64,000 nucleotides of DNA from Prasinococcaceae sp. CCMP 1430 (Eukaryota > Plantae > Prasinodermophyta), in NCBI GenBank assembly GCA_013416795.1, contig RQSC01000032.1, positions 719,397-783,396 on the forward strand, in the 5' to 3' direction. This document shows positions 43,187 through 56,102 of the stretch, in pieces. The notes beneath the pieces were generated by a model, which was not told the DNA's origin, searched no databases, and was given only the letters and a program-made list of their open reading frames with translations. Positions within the stretch are counted from its first letter, which is position 1. Every line of letters begins with the position of its first letter. A program made the translations under genes and the position numbers.

Positions 43187-45283
43187 TTAGATTCGTGTTG
43201 TCATTGCGCCCGCTCCTCCAGCGTCGTACGCGCGGTCATGCTGTGCACCAGGCGCCTGTCGTCTCTGCGCCTGCACGCAGTGCACCTCGAGGCGCGCCTC
43301 GGCGAGTGATCGCGGTAGCTCATCGGTGTCGACGTGTGGCCACCACGAGGCGACGTGCGAGTGAGCGCCCAACGCCAGAGCGGCATCCGCCACTGCCGTG
43401 CGCAAGCGCCCAGGTGCTGCGACGAGCGCCGCACAGCGTGTGGGCGCGTCGACGCTCACGGGTGCATGCGACGGCGCCACTTCGCTATGATGATAGTCAC
43501 ATGCACGCCCATCCTTCGGCATTGCGAGTAAGTCTGCCAGCCAGCTGCCTTCGCTATCCGCGCGTAATGTACTCGCACCCACGTCGGACACACACGCGCA
43601 AGCTTGCGAGCGCGTGCGCGCGCACATGTTCATGCGCTCGCCGAGCGCGAGTGCTGTGAAAGCACCGCCCGGGAGCGCAAGAAGACTCAAGGGCGGCATG
43701 AAGGTGCCCACGAAGGCCAACGACACACCACCCTCATGCTTGTGCGTACCGTGTGCCGCATCGGACATGTAGTGTAGCGCGGGAATCACGCCAGCCTGCG
43801 TGCCCGTGCGGGTATTGTTCACGTCAGAAGTGCGTCTGTACCAGCGTCCGCGCGCAGACGAATGCTTGCGAGCGTGCTCGCACAGGGCGCACATACCTGG
43901 TGCAGCCATCCGAAGAACGCAAGTCCCAAGCCGCCAAAGATGAGGTGCGCTGTCCGCAGCCCGCGCGAGCGCGCCAGCGCTTCCCCCCCCAGCAATGTCG
44001 CCGGCACAACTAGCGGCAGTAAGAAGCGTGGCTCCTGGTGCGGCGCGGCGCTCAGCACCGCCAATGAGAACGCGCAGCACATTGCGGCAACCAGGCGAGC
44101 GCGCGCGGCCGCGGTCATCGCCGCCACGCGTGCAGGTAGGGTTACGAGCGGAAACAGTCTGCACCCATCTTTTCCTCCGAGTAGCGTCGCCCAGACGTTG
44201 GTGTACACGAGTCCCGCCAGCGTGGGCCCGAGCAGCAGCGGCACATTTATGCACGTGTGCAGCCAATGAGGGTGCATGCCATGCTCGTGCGCATGCGCCG
44301 CGTTGTACGCCAGAAAGCGCAGCGGAGTGAACACGAATGCGTCGACGCGTGTATGCGCGAGAGCGTCGTCGTGATAGAGCTTGGCAACCGATGCAAGGTA
44401 CGCGCCGTCTGCCACCGCGAGCGCGTAAGCCGTGAACGCAAAAGCCGCGGCGAAGGCAGACCATGCGGCAAAAAAGCTCCTCGCCGGCAGCTCTGCTACC
44501 TGGTGAAGCGCACGCACTGCGAGCGGGCTGACCGCAAACACCACGAACGTCGGCCGAACGGCGACGCCCAGCGCCACGAGCGCCCCCAGCGTCGCGCCCG
44601 CGAGCACAAGCGTGCGCACGCGGCGCGCACACGGTTGCGCGCACAGCGCGCAGAGCAATGCTACCAGTGCTGTCTCGGCGCTGTTTGAGAGCGGCCGCGC
44701 CATGAGTGTGGCTGCCGGCCACGACGCTGCTAGAGCCAGCAGCGCGCCTTCGGCGGCGCCCTTGCCAGCGGTGGCACGCGCGTGCGTATATACGCATGCA
44801 TCCACGCACAGTGAGACCAGCAGCGAGGCCAGGCGCGGTAGCAGGAACACCAGCCTACGGGCATGCATGTGCGCGCACGCGCGAAGCGAGGTCAGCTCGG
44901 GCATGTGAGAGAGGGCAGAGAACGCGCACGTGCTGAGGCTGTGCACCCACGCACGCACGCACGTGCGCACGCGCCCACGCGCACACACACAACACGCACC
45001 TGGGCATCGCTGGCTCGACCCACTCCGGGGCAACCGCGCGCGCAGCCGCGAGGAGCGCGAGTGGCGCATCTGCGGACACTGCGCGCGAGGCGAGTGAGCG
45101 CAAGCCGCCGCCGGCGGCCGCGGGCGCCCACTCCCACGCTCTCGCCGACGCGACACTCAGCCATTCCCCCGCCGCGACTTCGACGCCTTGGAAGTATTCG
45201 TCGGGGTGCACGTAGCCTGGCGCGAGCAACGCGGCGGCAGCCCGCGCGGCGAGCAGCGCCACGTAGGCGCTAGAGCGCAGCAT
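43187..45283 (-). CDS. PIGZ: GPI mannosyltransferase 4 (PIG-Z/SMP3), multi-exon
   Basis: PGYVHPDEYFQGVE, WEW, RPLSNSAET, RPTFVVF, TPLRFLAYN, HGMHPHWLH, PHQEPRFLLP, HQ|AGVIP; intron 44999-44855 defined, others approximate. Confidence 0.88.
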
Positions 45284-45622
45284 CGCCCTGAGCGCGACAG
45301 GGGAGCGGGCGGCAGACGGGAGGGGCCGCTAGGCGTGCATCGCCGCTCCCGCTGCTGCGCACGCGCGCGGCGCGGGCTGTGTGAGACAGAGACCAACACT
45401 CGCTGGTGGTGGTGAAGGGATTTCTGCATGCCGGTTCATCAAAACGCATTGCACCTACAGTAACATACAATGGGTAAATGATACATTAGAATAGTCATTA
45501 CAATTACCAACGGGCGATTAATCAGTCGCAGCGTGCACTTGCATGCGCATGCCGCGGCAGTTCAAGGCCCCCACGCGCGCGCGTCGTCGAGCTGCTTGCG
45601 CTCACGCTCACGCCTAGGGCGC

Positions 45623-47186
45623 TCAGTATGAGGGGAAGCCGGCCGCGGGCACTTCGTCGGCGTACGCAGCGAGCCCGCCGCGGACGTCGACAGCGCCAGC
45701 GACGCCCGCGGCGCGGAGCAACCGCACCGCGCGCTGGCTGTCGTTGCCTCGGCGACACACCACGACCAGCCGGCCACCTGGCGACGGGGATTGCGCCACT
45801 AGTGCTGCCGCCTCATCGCACCGCCCCGCGAGCTGCTCGAAAGGGATCGATATGCTGCCAGGCACCGATGCCATTGCGAACTGTTCGGCGCTGCGCACGT
45901 CGAGCACCGGCACGCCATCACTGCCGCCGCCGCCGAGCAGGTCCTCGTGGAATTCGCGGGCCGAGATGCGCTCGTCGGCACCCAGCGCGCATGCCGCGTC
46001 CACGGGTGCGCCGCCCCGGTCGTGCGCGGGACCCGCAAAGCCTTCGTAGTCGTACGCTTGTATGGAGGCTCGTGTGATTGACGGCGACGAGCCGCATGCC
46101 GCGCAGTCCTCGGAGCGCTTCCTGAGCTTGACAGTCATGATCGACAAGTCGAGGCCGTCAAGCAGCACCAGTCGCCCTGCGAGGCTCCTCCCGATGCCCG
46201 CGCAAAGCTTCACTGCCTCGAGCGCCTGCAGCGCGCCCATGGCGCCAACCAGGGGCCCCAGGACGCCTGCATCGGAACAGCTTTGGCACGCAGCGCGTGC
46301 GGGGGCGCGCGGGTGCACGCAGCGGTAGCAAGGAGAGTCGGCCGACGCACTGTATACGCTCAGCTGGCCGTCGGTGCCAACTGCGGCCGCAGAGACGAGT
46401 GGCGTGCGCTCGTGATCGAGGCCCGCTGCGCAGGCGTCCGAGAGCAGGTAGCGAGTGGCAGCGTTGTCCGAGCAGTCCACCACGACATCATGCGCGTCAG
46501 CGAGCGCTGCCGCGGAGGCCGCGTCGAGGTAGCTCTCTATCGTGGTCACCTCGACGGTCGAATTAAGCGCGCGACAGGACGCAGCAGCGGACGCTGCCTG
46601 CACGAGAGTGACAGAATGAGTGCGTGGGATATGGGTAAAGGGGAAGAGGAGGGGGCATGTGAGCGAGGAGCGACGAGCAAGCGCGTGTGTGCACGAGCGC
46701 GAGGGAGGGCAAATGTCCATGCGCGGATCAGGCACCGCGCACCTTGTTTGTCCGCGCGCGCGCCGCTTGCTCGGTGTGGATGACCTGGCGGTGCAGGTTG
46801 GAGGCATCGACAGCGTCGCCATCGACGAGTGTCAAGTGCCCCACCCCCGCTGCGGCGAGGTACAGCGCGACAGGCGAGCCGAGGCCTCCGAGGCCGACGA
46901 CAGCAGCACGCGCGGCACAGAGTCGCGCCTGGCCGGCAGCGCCGACCGCGGGGAGCACCATTTGTCGGCTATACCGCTCCACCTGCGCGCGCGATAGGCC
47001 GTGCGTTGACGTGAACCCGCCGCTCGTGCTGACCGCTCGCTCCGGAGTGGCCTCGCCGTTCCCACCGTCGCTCCTGCCCTCGCCGCCCTCCGCCTCCGCG
47101 AGCCGCGAGCGCAGCGCGGCGTTCTCTTCGCGCAGCGCGGCGTTCTCCTCGCGGAGCGCAGCGAGCGAGCGAGCGGCACCGCCCAT
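45623..47186 (-). CDS. MOCS3: Adenylyltransferase/sulfurtransferase MOCS3/UBA4 (ThiF + rhodanese; intron 46742-46598)
   Basis: [41 protein letters not shown], rhodanese [10 protein letters not shown]; N-terminal ALREENA tandem repeat. Confidence 0.95.
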
Positions 47187-48168
47187 TTCGCTCCACAGCA
47201 GCAAGGGACGGTGACAGAGAAGAGGGGTGGACTGCGTGTGTGTATCGGTGGAGGATGAGGGCGCTCATTCTGTTGACCTCGCTGGGAGGGCTGTGCCGCC
47301 GCCTCGGCGCGCCGCCGAACATGCCGGCGCCGGCGCCGGCGCGCCGCGTCGCAGCGCTCCTGAATGAAACCCTTTTCACAAAACCGAACAAACCTAAAAA
47401 TGCGCCCGCCTGCGCACCTCACACGCAACCTGACCTCTCACACACATGCACAATGCACAGCGCACGACCGAACTAAGTGCGACAAAACCTGAACCTGCGG
47501 AGACGCGCGCCTGCCGCCCCACGCAGATGTGGGCACATCAGGGCCGGTTCCCCGAACGCGCGCGAGCGCGAGCGCGCGCGGAGAGCTGCTGGCGGACCGC
47601 AGCAGCATCTCGCTGCGTGCTGCATGATGGTGAGAGAGGTGCTCCATTGGATGAAGGTGTGCGTAGTACTACACACACGGCGGAGCGTGGAGAGTGGACC
47701 TCGGTCGGGAGGTGGACTGAAGTGTGATGAGGCAAACTCGTTCAGCACCTGTGGAGCGTCGAAGGGACGGGGGGAGGGAGGCCGACGGGCGGGGACAGAT
47801 GGCGAGCGTGTGGCCAAGAGGAGGTGGAGTAACGTGGGAAGCGCAGGCGGGGGGCGCAGCGCGGTTGGGCGTGGTCAGGTGGGGTGGGTCTGGGGTGGAC
47901 AAGGCCGGGGCGGAGGCTCCAGTGACGTGGGACGTTGGCGCGGAGTGGTAGCAAGGAAGCCGCGGGAGGGGGAGGCTGGCAGCACACACGGCGCGCGCTA
48001 CGCGCGCGCCGCGCGCGTGAGTCTTGCGCGCGCGGGCGTGGGCGCGCGCGGGTGAACGCAGAGGAGAACGCGAAGCTTTGTGGACGGACAGACGCTGGAG
48101 GCGGGGTTGCGCTGCCTCGCCAAGGCCGAGCGAAGTCGGCGTCAAGCTCGACTGCGGTCGCCGCCACC

Positions 48169-51100
48169 ATGGGTGGAGGGGGAGCGCAGGGCGGCGTACC
48201 TGAGGCGCCCCCCGTTGGCTATGAGGCCTCCGCCATCATGCATGGCAATGAGGGTGGCATCCCTGTGGCGCCCCCTGTCACCGGCGATGGCTCCGTCGCT
48301 CTCTCCTTGGGCACTGCTGCCGCGGCGGCAGCAGCCGCTGGCGCACCCGAGGCTCACAATCTGCGTCGCTCGCGCCGCGCACAGCTCGCCGCACTCATGA
48401 AGAAGCAGGTACGCGTCCGCGGGTGAGCGGCCACGAGCGCACGGATTCGCGTGCCCGCGCAGGCGCGCACGTATATGAGTGCGTGGGTGTGCTGACGTCG
48501 CGTGCGTGCCCATGCGCGCTCCCGCGCGAACCAGGCCATAGTGAAGGGGCGTGGTTGCCAGGCTTGCTGCACGTGCCTGCAGCTCTGCTTGCCCGTGGCC
48601 TTCTTCGCGCTCATGTGCCTGCCCAAAATCTTCATTGACGAGTGGGCTTTCAACGAGGTGCGCAAGCGCGTGCGCGACGCGCGGTGCACAGCGCATTTCC
48701 CTGCAGGCGCGAGCCTCCCGCCCGTGGGGCCGCATCGCCAGGCTCTGACCCCATCGTGCGCGCAATGGGGATGCGACTCATATTCGCACGCGCGCAGACG
48801 GTATTCCCGACCGCGAGCCTGGAGGACGCTGCCTCGTGGGGATACGACACCTGCCCGGAGGGCCACGAGCTGTTGTACGCGCCCGCGTCCGATGGCACGC
48901 GCGTGCTCGCCGCAGGCGCCTTTGTCGACATGCTCTGCAAGGGCGGCGGTGGAGGCGACGCGTCTCTGGATGCAGGTGGCTCTCTGAACGCCTTCTGGGT
49001 GCCAATATTCGATTCTGAACGCACGGGCTATGACTTTACGGCATTGAGAGACATGGCGATCCCAAGCTACGCGCGCGGCACATTCTACGAGCGCGTCGCC
49101 GCGTGTAACTACGAGGGCGCCGTGGCATCGGGTGCGCTCGAGAAGTTTGGCATCACTAGCCTTTCCTGGGACCTCGACCGCGATGCGTGCGACGCCTGCG
49201 TGGCAGATCTGTCCAGTTGCGCTGATGAGCTGCACGACCTGGGTCTGCTGAGAGGCTTCGAAGACAAGGCGGCAGCCGAGGCGCACATCGAGCTCAATCC
49301 CGGCAAGACGCTCGCACTGGCGGCCATGGAGGGTCTCGGTGGTAGCGACGAGGTCAAACTGACTTTGCGTGTCAACGGCACCTCGGTACTCGACGAGCTC
49401 GTTGACGGTGGTCGCCGCTCGGGCGAGGGATTCGCATTTGGACGCATGTTCCTGCCTCGCTGGGGATCGTCAAATCCCGATCGCGGCACATGGCGCAAGT
49501 GGTTTGCCTTCGCCAACGTGCAGGCAGCGGTCGAGAGGGCAATTATCAGGTATCTTGTGCCGGCCGCCACCGGCGTGGATGCTCCCAGCAGCCTCGAGGA
49601 GAATATCACCATTAAGGGCTACCCGTACCCCGCGCGCGACGTCAACATGCCTGGGCTCATTGCCGGCGTATTTTTGGCGCTCGTGCTGCCGCTGGCGTTT
49701 ATCACCAACACGGTTGTGACAGTGAAGGCCGTGGTCACTGACAAAGAGTTGCGCATCCGCGAGGGCATGGCCATGATGGGGCTCTATGACGGTGTGTTCT
49801 GGACCGCGCACTTCTCAACGGAAATGATTGTGATGACGATCACGTTTGTGCTCGTGTCGGCCATCAGCGTGTATCCGCTGTCGTACTCCAATCCGCTGAT
49901 CCACTTCATCTTCTTCGAGCTGTGGGGGATAGCCTTCGTTATGCACTGCTTCTTCCTGTCAACATTCTTTAGCAAGGGACGGGTGGCGTCGCTGGCCTGT
50001 TCGATGTTCTACCTCTTCCAGCTCGCGCCGGCCATATCCGCGCGCGTATCTTCGCCCAACGGTGCCGCCAGCTGGAACTCCGTGTGCATCTTGCCGGGCG
50101 CGGCCATGTACATGTGGGGTAGCGCCACCGCACAGCTCGAGAGCGCGTCACTGGGTATTACTGCTGATACCATGCGCAACGAACTCAACACGACGGGGCC
50201 GCCGCACTCACCGGCGACCATCCTGCGGCAGGTCTTCGGCTCCATTGTGATGTACACCTTCCTCACCTTCTACTTCGATCGCGTGCTTCCCAAGACGTAT
50301 GGCACGCGCCTCCCGCCTTGGTTCATCTTCCTGCCGAGCTACTGGAAGAGCGTGTTCAAGGGGCCCAGGGCGCACACCGCCGTGAAGGGTACCACCGATC
50401 TGCTGGGAGGCACCTCGCCCAAGGTGTTTACGGAAGCTCGAAACGTCGAGCCGCTGGCGCATGACGTCAGGTCGCGCGTGTCGGTGCGCGCCAAGGGCGT
50501 CACGAAACGCTTCGGCACCGTGCTGGCGGTGGATGGGCTCGATCTGGAGTTCGTCGAGGGCCAAGTCAGTGGCCTCCTGGGCCACAACGGTGCGGGCAAG
50601 ACTACCACTCTCAATATGCTCACCGGCATGCTGCCGGCCACAGAGGGCGAAGGCACTGTCGCCGGTTACGACATCCGCACGCAGATGGGGGCCATCCGTT
50701 CGTCGCTTGGTGTGTGCCCGCAGTTCGACATCCTGTGGCCGACCGTGACGGTGCTGGAGCATTTACGCATGTATGCTGCCTTCAAGGGTGTGCCAGCAAA
50801 GCGCGTGGATGCCGAGGCGCGTGCGACGGCCGCGCGCGTGGGGCTGGCTGCGCAGCTGAATTACCATGCGGGCAAAATGTCTGGCGGGCAACGTAGGAAG
50901 CTCTCGCTAGGGATCGCATTCATCGGAGGGCCCAAGGTGGTGCTACTTGACGAACCCACTACGGGCATGGACCCAGAGAGCCGCCGCTTCTGCTGGTCGA
51001 TGATCCAGAGCTACAAGGCCGACCGGACCATCATGCTCACCACGCATTTCATGGACGAGGCAGACGTCCTGTGCGATCGCATCGCCATCATGTCTCAGGG

Positions 51101-54100
51101 CGCTGTTGCGGCCAATGGCTCGTCGGTCTTCCTCAAATCGCGCTTCGGCATCGGCTACACCCTCTCGCTGTCCATGTTGCGGAACGCCGACAGCGCCGAG
51201 GCCGACGCCGTGGTTCAGCTCGTGAAGAGCCATGTGGCAGGCGCCGAGGTGTCGAGCCGCGTTGGCACCGAGCTGACCATGCGATTGCCATCAGAGGCCA
51301 CGCCCAAGTTCGGTGCACTCCTGCGTGCGCTCGAAGCGCAGTCGCCGGCGGGCGGCGACAGCAAGGGCGCGAAGGAGGTGGCATCATACGGCATGAGCTG
51401 CACCACGCTCGAGGAGGTGTTCTTGCGCATCGCCGAGGGCGCGGCGCGCATAGAAGACGCCGAGGGGAATGTCGTGGCCGGTGCGGCGGCACCCGGCGCC
51501 GAACCTGCCGCCACGCCTGCCACCGCTCGCGGTGGCGCCGATGGGCGCTCGGTGATGGGCGAGAACTTCGGCGGCGGCTCTGACACCGCGACGGGTGGTG
51601 CGCTCGCGCGTCAACAATTCGATGCGCTCATGCGCAAACGGTTCATCAACATGAAGCGCGACCGCCTCAATGTGTGCACACAGATCGTCACGCCGGTGCT
51701 CTGCCTGACGGCAGCCCTCTTCATGAACAACATCACACCAGAGGACGGCTCAGTGACCTTCAGCGCTGTCGAGTACACGCGCGCTTTCGCCGGTAACAAG
51801 GGACCGCTCTTCGCGGCAGGGGCCGATGCCAGCGCGCAGGCGGCTGCGAGCGTTATGGCGCATTTTCCCCTCTCTGCGCGTGACGAGGACGACGCCGCGT
51901 TGCCCACTGATGCTGGTACGCGTTCGGCAGCGTCGGCTGCGTGCTTCTGTCCGAGCGACAAGCAGAACGCCGGTGATCTCTATGGCAATTTCGGCGCTGG
52001 TGATTCTGGTCAACTGATTTGTTCGGCGGTCGAGACCTCGCTCGGCCCGAGTGGCGACTATGAGTTCCGCGGTATCGCGCCCGAATGTGCGAATGACTTC
52101 GCCACGACCATCGACGCGGCACTCATCGCCTCGGCGGGATATGTCGACTACGCCTGCAACGAGCAGGACGGCGCGTACTGCGACGCGTTCTTCTTCGAGA
52201 GCGCGCGTGTGGAAACGACCGCTGACGGTGGAGCGACAATCGATGCCGACTGGACGTTGCTTCCGAATCCCAGCGCGCTGCATTCGGTGCCTGTTGGGCT
52301 TAACTCCCTGCACAACGCGCTGCTGGGCGCGCTCGGGTCCGATGCGCACATATCGCTCATCAACTATCCGCTTCCAGTGCCGGGAGACCCCGAGCAGCTG
52401 GAGGAAACGGAGGGCGGCCTCAACTTGGCGACAGCCATTTTCGTTCTCATCGGCCTTTCGACGCTCAGCGCGAGCTTCGGCGTGTTCCTCGTGTGGGAGC
52501 GCCGCTGCAATGCAAAGCACTTGCAGGTGGTGAGTGGCATCGACCAAAAGCTCTTCTGGTTTGCTGCTTTCGCCGCCGACTACCTCAACTACCTGGTGGC
52601 CACTGTCGCCATGCTGATTGTGTGCGCTGCGGTACCCTCGCGCTCGCTGGACACGGCCGATGGCGTTGGTGCCTTCGCCGTGTTGCTGCTGTTTTTCGGC
52701 TTGGGAGCGCTGCCGTTGTCGTACGCGCTGCATTTCAAATTCCAGAGTGAGATGGCATGCCTGGCCTCGCTCATCATGGCGTTCCAGTTCTTTGGCATGG
52801 GCACCACCATTGCCTCGATCGTGATGCAGGCCGTCGGTGAGAGCGATCCGTCCGTGCTTGACGCGTACGACGCGTGCAAGTGGTTCTTCCGCCTCATTCC
52901 CCACTACTGCCTCGGGAGGGGCACCTACGACATCTTGCAATACTTCGTTGATCTCAGGCTCTTCGAAACCGGCTGGATGGACGTCCGCGATCGCATCAAC
53001 GACTTCCTCGACGTGGAGCTTGACACGAAGGACGAGGTCCTTGACCTCATTGACGTGCGGCTGGAGGGCGGTGGCTTGCCCAGCGAGATGGAGGGTCTCC
53101 TGCAGGGCTGGCGCAACACGCTCGAGGATGAGCCCGTGCTGTGGACAATGGACCGCCTCGGATGGCACCTGATTTTCCTTCTGCTGGATGGGCTGCTTTT
53201 CATGTCTGCGGTGCTGCTCATCGAGTACAAGCGCACCCGCGTGGACGCGGCGATCGCCGCGCGGCTCCAAGGCGGTGCCGTCGAGGCGCCACCTGCGGAT
53301 GAGGACGAGGACGTGCGTCGCGAGCGTCAGGAGATTGCTGCGGGCGCCACGACGCTCGACACGGCGCTGGTGGTCGATGGGCTCTCGAAGACGTACGCGA
53401 ATGGCGTGAAAGCCACGCGGCCCATGCACGTGCGCATGGAACGTGGCCAGTGCTTCGGTCTCCTCGGCATTAACGGCGCGGGCAAGACCACCACCTTCAG
53501 TGCGTGCGCAGCTTGTAAATCTGCGCGAAGCGCGGGCGCGGGCGCGAGCGTGCTTTTGTGAGCGCGCAGCCCGCGTTCCCACACGACAGCGCGCGTACTG
53601 ACCGTACCGCTGCCTCTCGCGACTGCGCGCACTCTCTCGGTTGCCGCGCCTCGCAGAGATGCTCACTGGGGAATTCATGCCAAGCTCGGGAGATGCCTAC
53701 CTGCTCCCGGCGGCTACTGCAGGCGGCGCACCGCGCAGGATGAGCGTTGTGAATGAGATTGAGACCGTGCGCAGGCACGTGGGCTACTGCCCGCAGTTCG
53801 ACGGCCTGCAGCCCAACATGACGTGCCGCGAGCATCTCACGTTCTACGCGCTTGCGCGCGGCGTGCCCTACGCGCGTGTGGCCGGCGTAGGCGAGCACCT
53901 GCTGCAACGGATGGGCCTGTCGAAGTACTCCGACCGCCGCGCAGGCACGCTGAGCGGCGGCAACAAGCGCAAGCTCAGCGTCGCCATCGCGCTCATCGGC
54001 GACCCTGATCTGGTTCTGCTCGACGAGCCCAGCTCGGGCATGGACCCGCAGGCGAGGCGTTTTATGTGGGACGTCCTCGTCGGCGTCATGCCGGGGAGGT

Positions 54101-54726
54101 GCATGGTCCTCACCTCCCATTCGATGGAGGAGTGTGAGGCGCTGTGCGCGCGCCTTGGTATCATGGTGGACGGACGCTTCCGCTGCCTCGGAGGGCTGCA
54201 GCACCTGAAGAGCCGCTTCTCGGAGGGCTACACGCTCGACTTCCGCACAGCTGGCCCCGCCGACACGGCCTCGACGCAGGCGTACATGGCGCGCGTGCTG
54301 CCGGCGGCGGAGCTGCGCGAGGCAGGCCCCACGCATCTTCGCTATCAATACCAGACGGGCGAGGGCGGCGGCGGTCTGGCGGACCTCTTCTTGGCGGTCG
54401 AGGGTGGCCGCGAGGGCGCCGAGTGCGCGTTCGAGGACTACTCGGTCGGGCAGACGACGCTCGAGCAAGTCTTCTTGCGCATGGCGCGCGAGGGGGCGAT
54501 GGAGGCCGAACGCGAGAGAAATGCCATTGCGGTCGAGAATGCCCGCGCGGCGATGGCGCAGCACCTGGGCACCACCGGCGTCGCCGCAGTCACGCAGCCC
54601 ATGGCGGTGGCGCCCGGCCCTCAGGACCCCGAGCAGCTGCTGCTGCCAGCAGTCTCTCCGACGAGCATGCCCATCGACCCGCGCTCACAGGCACAGCCGA
54701 CGCTGCCTGGGCAGGCCACCGGGTGA
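48169..54726 (+). CDS. Full-size ABCA-subfamily transporter (at least 4 exons; last intron 53500-53656)
   Basis: Two TMD-NBD halves; GHNGAGKT/MSGGQ/LLDEPTTGMD and GINGAGKT/LSGGN/LLDEPSSGMD; KELRIREGMAMMGL, TTLEEVFL, TTLEQVFL. Confidence 0.95.
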
Positions 54727-55222
54727 GGGGACTGAGACCGCCCGCGCATCCCATCGCGGAGACCATGACGTAGCACGCACGCGCGCTGCTCGCCTAGCTA
54801 GCCAGTCCTTCGGGCGCGCAACTAAGCAACAATGCCTCCGCGCGTGTGAATCGAACACGCATGATAGGTGCTCGCACGCACTCGCGCTCGCCCGCACGCG
54901 CGCGCGCTCGCCCGAACGGAACGGAACGCCCCCGGGACTCCCGCGCACGAAAATCGGCAGCTTTGTGGTGAAGGCGGTGTTCGGCGGACGCGACGGCAAG
55001 GTGAAGGTGGCCCCCGCGAGCGGCGCACGCTGCGCTGGGACCGAGGAGGCCGTTCGGCCAAGCGCGGGGCGGGGTTGAAGCGCGGCCGCGAGCGGCGCAG
55101 CGCGCTCGCGAGGGCGCGCCCGCACACTGCGGCAGCGGTCGACGCGGGTGTTGACTGTTTTGTTGACACAAACGTGCGTACCAGCTGTCGTGGCAGCGAG
55201 TGACGCGGCGCCACTGCAGGTG

Positions 55223-56026
55223 ATGCTTGGCGCCTGGCGGTATCCGCCGCGCCTCCTCCTTTTCGCGGTGGGCGCCTTGCTGCTCGCCCCCGTTGCTACT
55301 TCGTCCGTTGACGTCGGCGACGATGGCCTGGCATACGGCGGACCTGACGACATTGATGTCGGTGGCCGGGGCGGGGCGGCGGCCGCACCGGCAGGCGGGA
55401 CCGTCAGAATATTCACTCCCTTGGTGAAGCACGATGTTGAAGGCCGTGGGCGCAACGCGTTGCCCGTCGTGGAGCTGTGGGCCGCGTACGACAGACCGGT
55501 CGCAGGCTTCGAGCTCACTCTCAGCGCCGAAGGGGGCGGCCCTCTAGAGATTGCGTACATCGACGAGGACTCCGCCAGCCCTGGCGCGGCGGTCGACGCG
55601 GACTTCTACGTGCAGGCTGGACGTGGGCGGTCTGGCCAGCTCATAGGATTTAGCAGGGTCGGGACGGCGCTCCCTCCAACCAATGAGGCCGCCGAGAGAG
55701 GCGAGCTTCTGCTGCGCGTTGGCGTCGAAATGAGTGCGCTTGCCAGAGGCGTGTGCGTGAAGAGCGCCGTTTTCGCCGAGCAGTATACGACGATGAAGAC
55801 CGTTCAGCAGGCGGGGGGCGATGGGCGACGCAAGCCGAAACATCGTCGCCAGCAGCGATCCATGCGGGTCGAGCTCCCCTCCGAGTGCGCCGCACGCGCA
55901 CACCGACGGTGGCACGTCCTTCACGTCGTCGCCCTGTTCGCCTTGTTGGGTGGGACAGTGCTAATCGCCAGGCGCTACAGAGGCGGCGACAAGGCCATGC
56001 ATGCCATCGCAAGGAAGATGGCGTAA
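55223..56026 (+). CDS. Type I membrane protein with a predicted beta-rich, cohesin-like ectodomain
   Basis: Signal peptide MLGAWRYPPRLLLFAVGALLLAPVATS; PVAGFELTL..GAAVDADFYV..LIGFSRVG..LLLRV; C-terminal TM WHVLHVVALFALLGGTVLIA plus basic tail; the cohesin call is pattern recall only. Confidence 0.55.
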   Translation: MLGAWRYPPRLLLFAVGALLLAPVATSSVDVGDDGLAYGGPDDIDVGGRGGAAAAPAGGTVRIFTPLVKHDVEGRGRNALPVVELWAAYDRPVAGFELTLSAEGGGPLEIAYIDEDSASPGAAVDADFYVQAGRGRSGQLIGFSRVGTALPPTNEAAERGELLLRVGVEMSALARGVCVKSAVFAEQYTTMKTVQQAGGDGRRKPKHRRQQRSMRVELPSECAARAHRRWHVLHVVALFALLGGTVLIARRYRGGDKAMHAIARKMA

Positions 56027-56102
56027 ACACCGGGCGAGCGACGGCAGACAGATGTTGAGGATAGGCGTGTATCATCCCGCTGCAGCAGCACACGGTGAAG
56101 AC

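Noticed and set aside
5849-47186. ELP4 and MOCS3/UBA4 (both tRNA U34 modification), and CPSF73 and LACTB2 (both MBL nucleases), in the same window
   Set aside because: Tens of kb apart with many unrelated genes between; compatible with chance in a compact genome
47657-47680. GTGTAGTA resembling the U2 branch-recognition sequence; U3-like box order nearby
   Set aside because: The flanking U2 stem I and Sm site are absent; U3 box A/A' and terminal box D are absent
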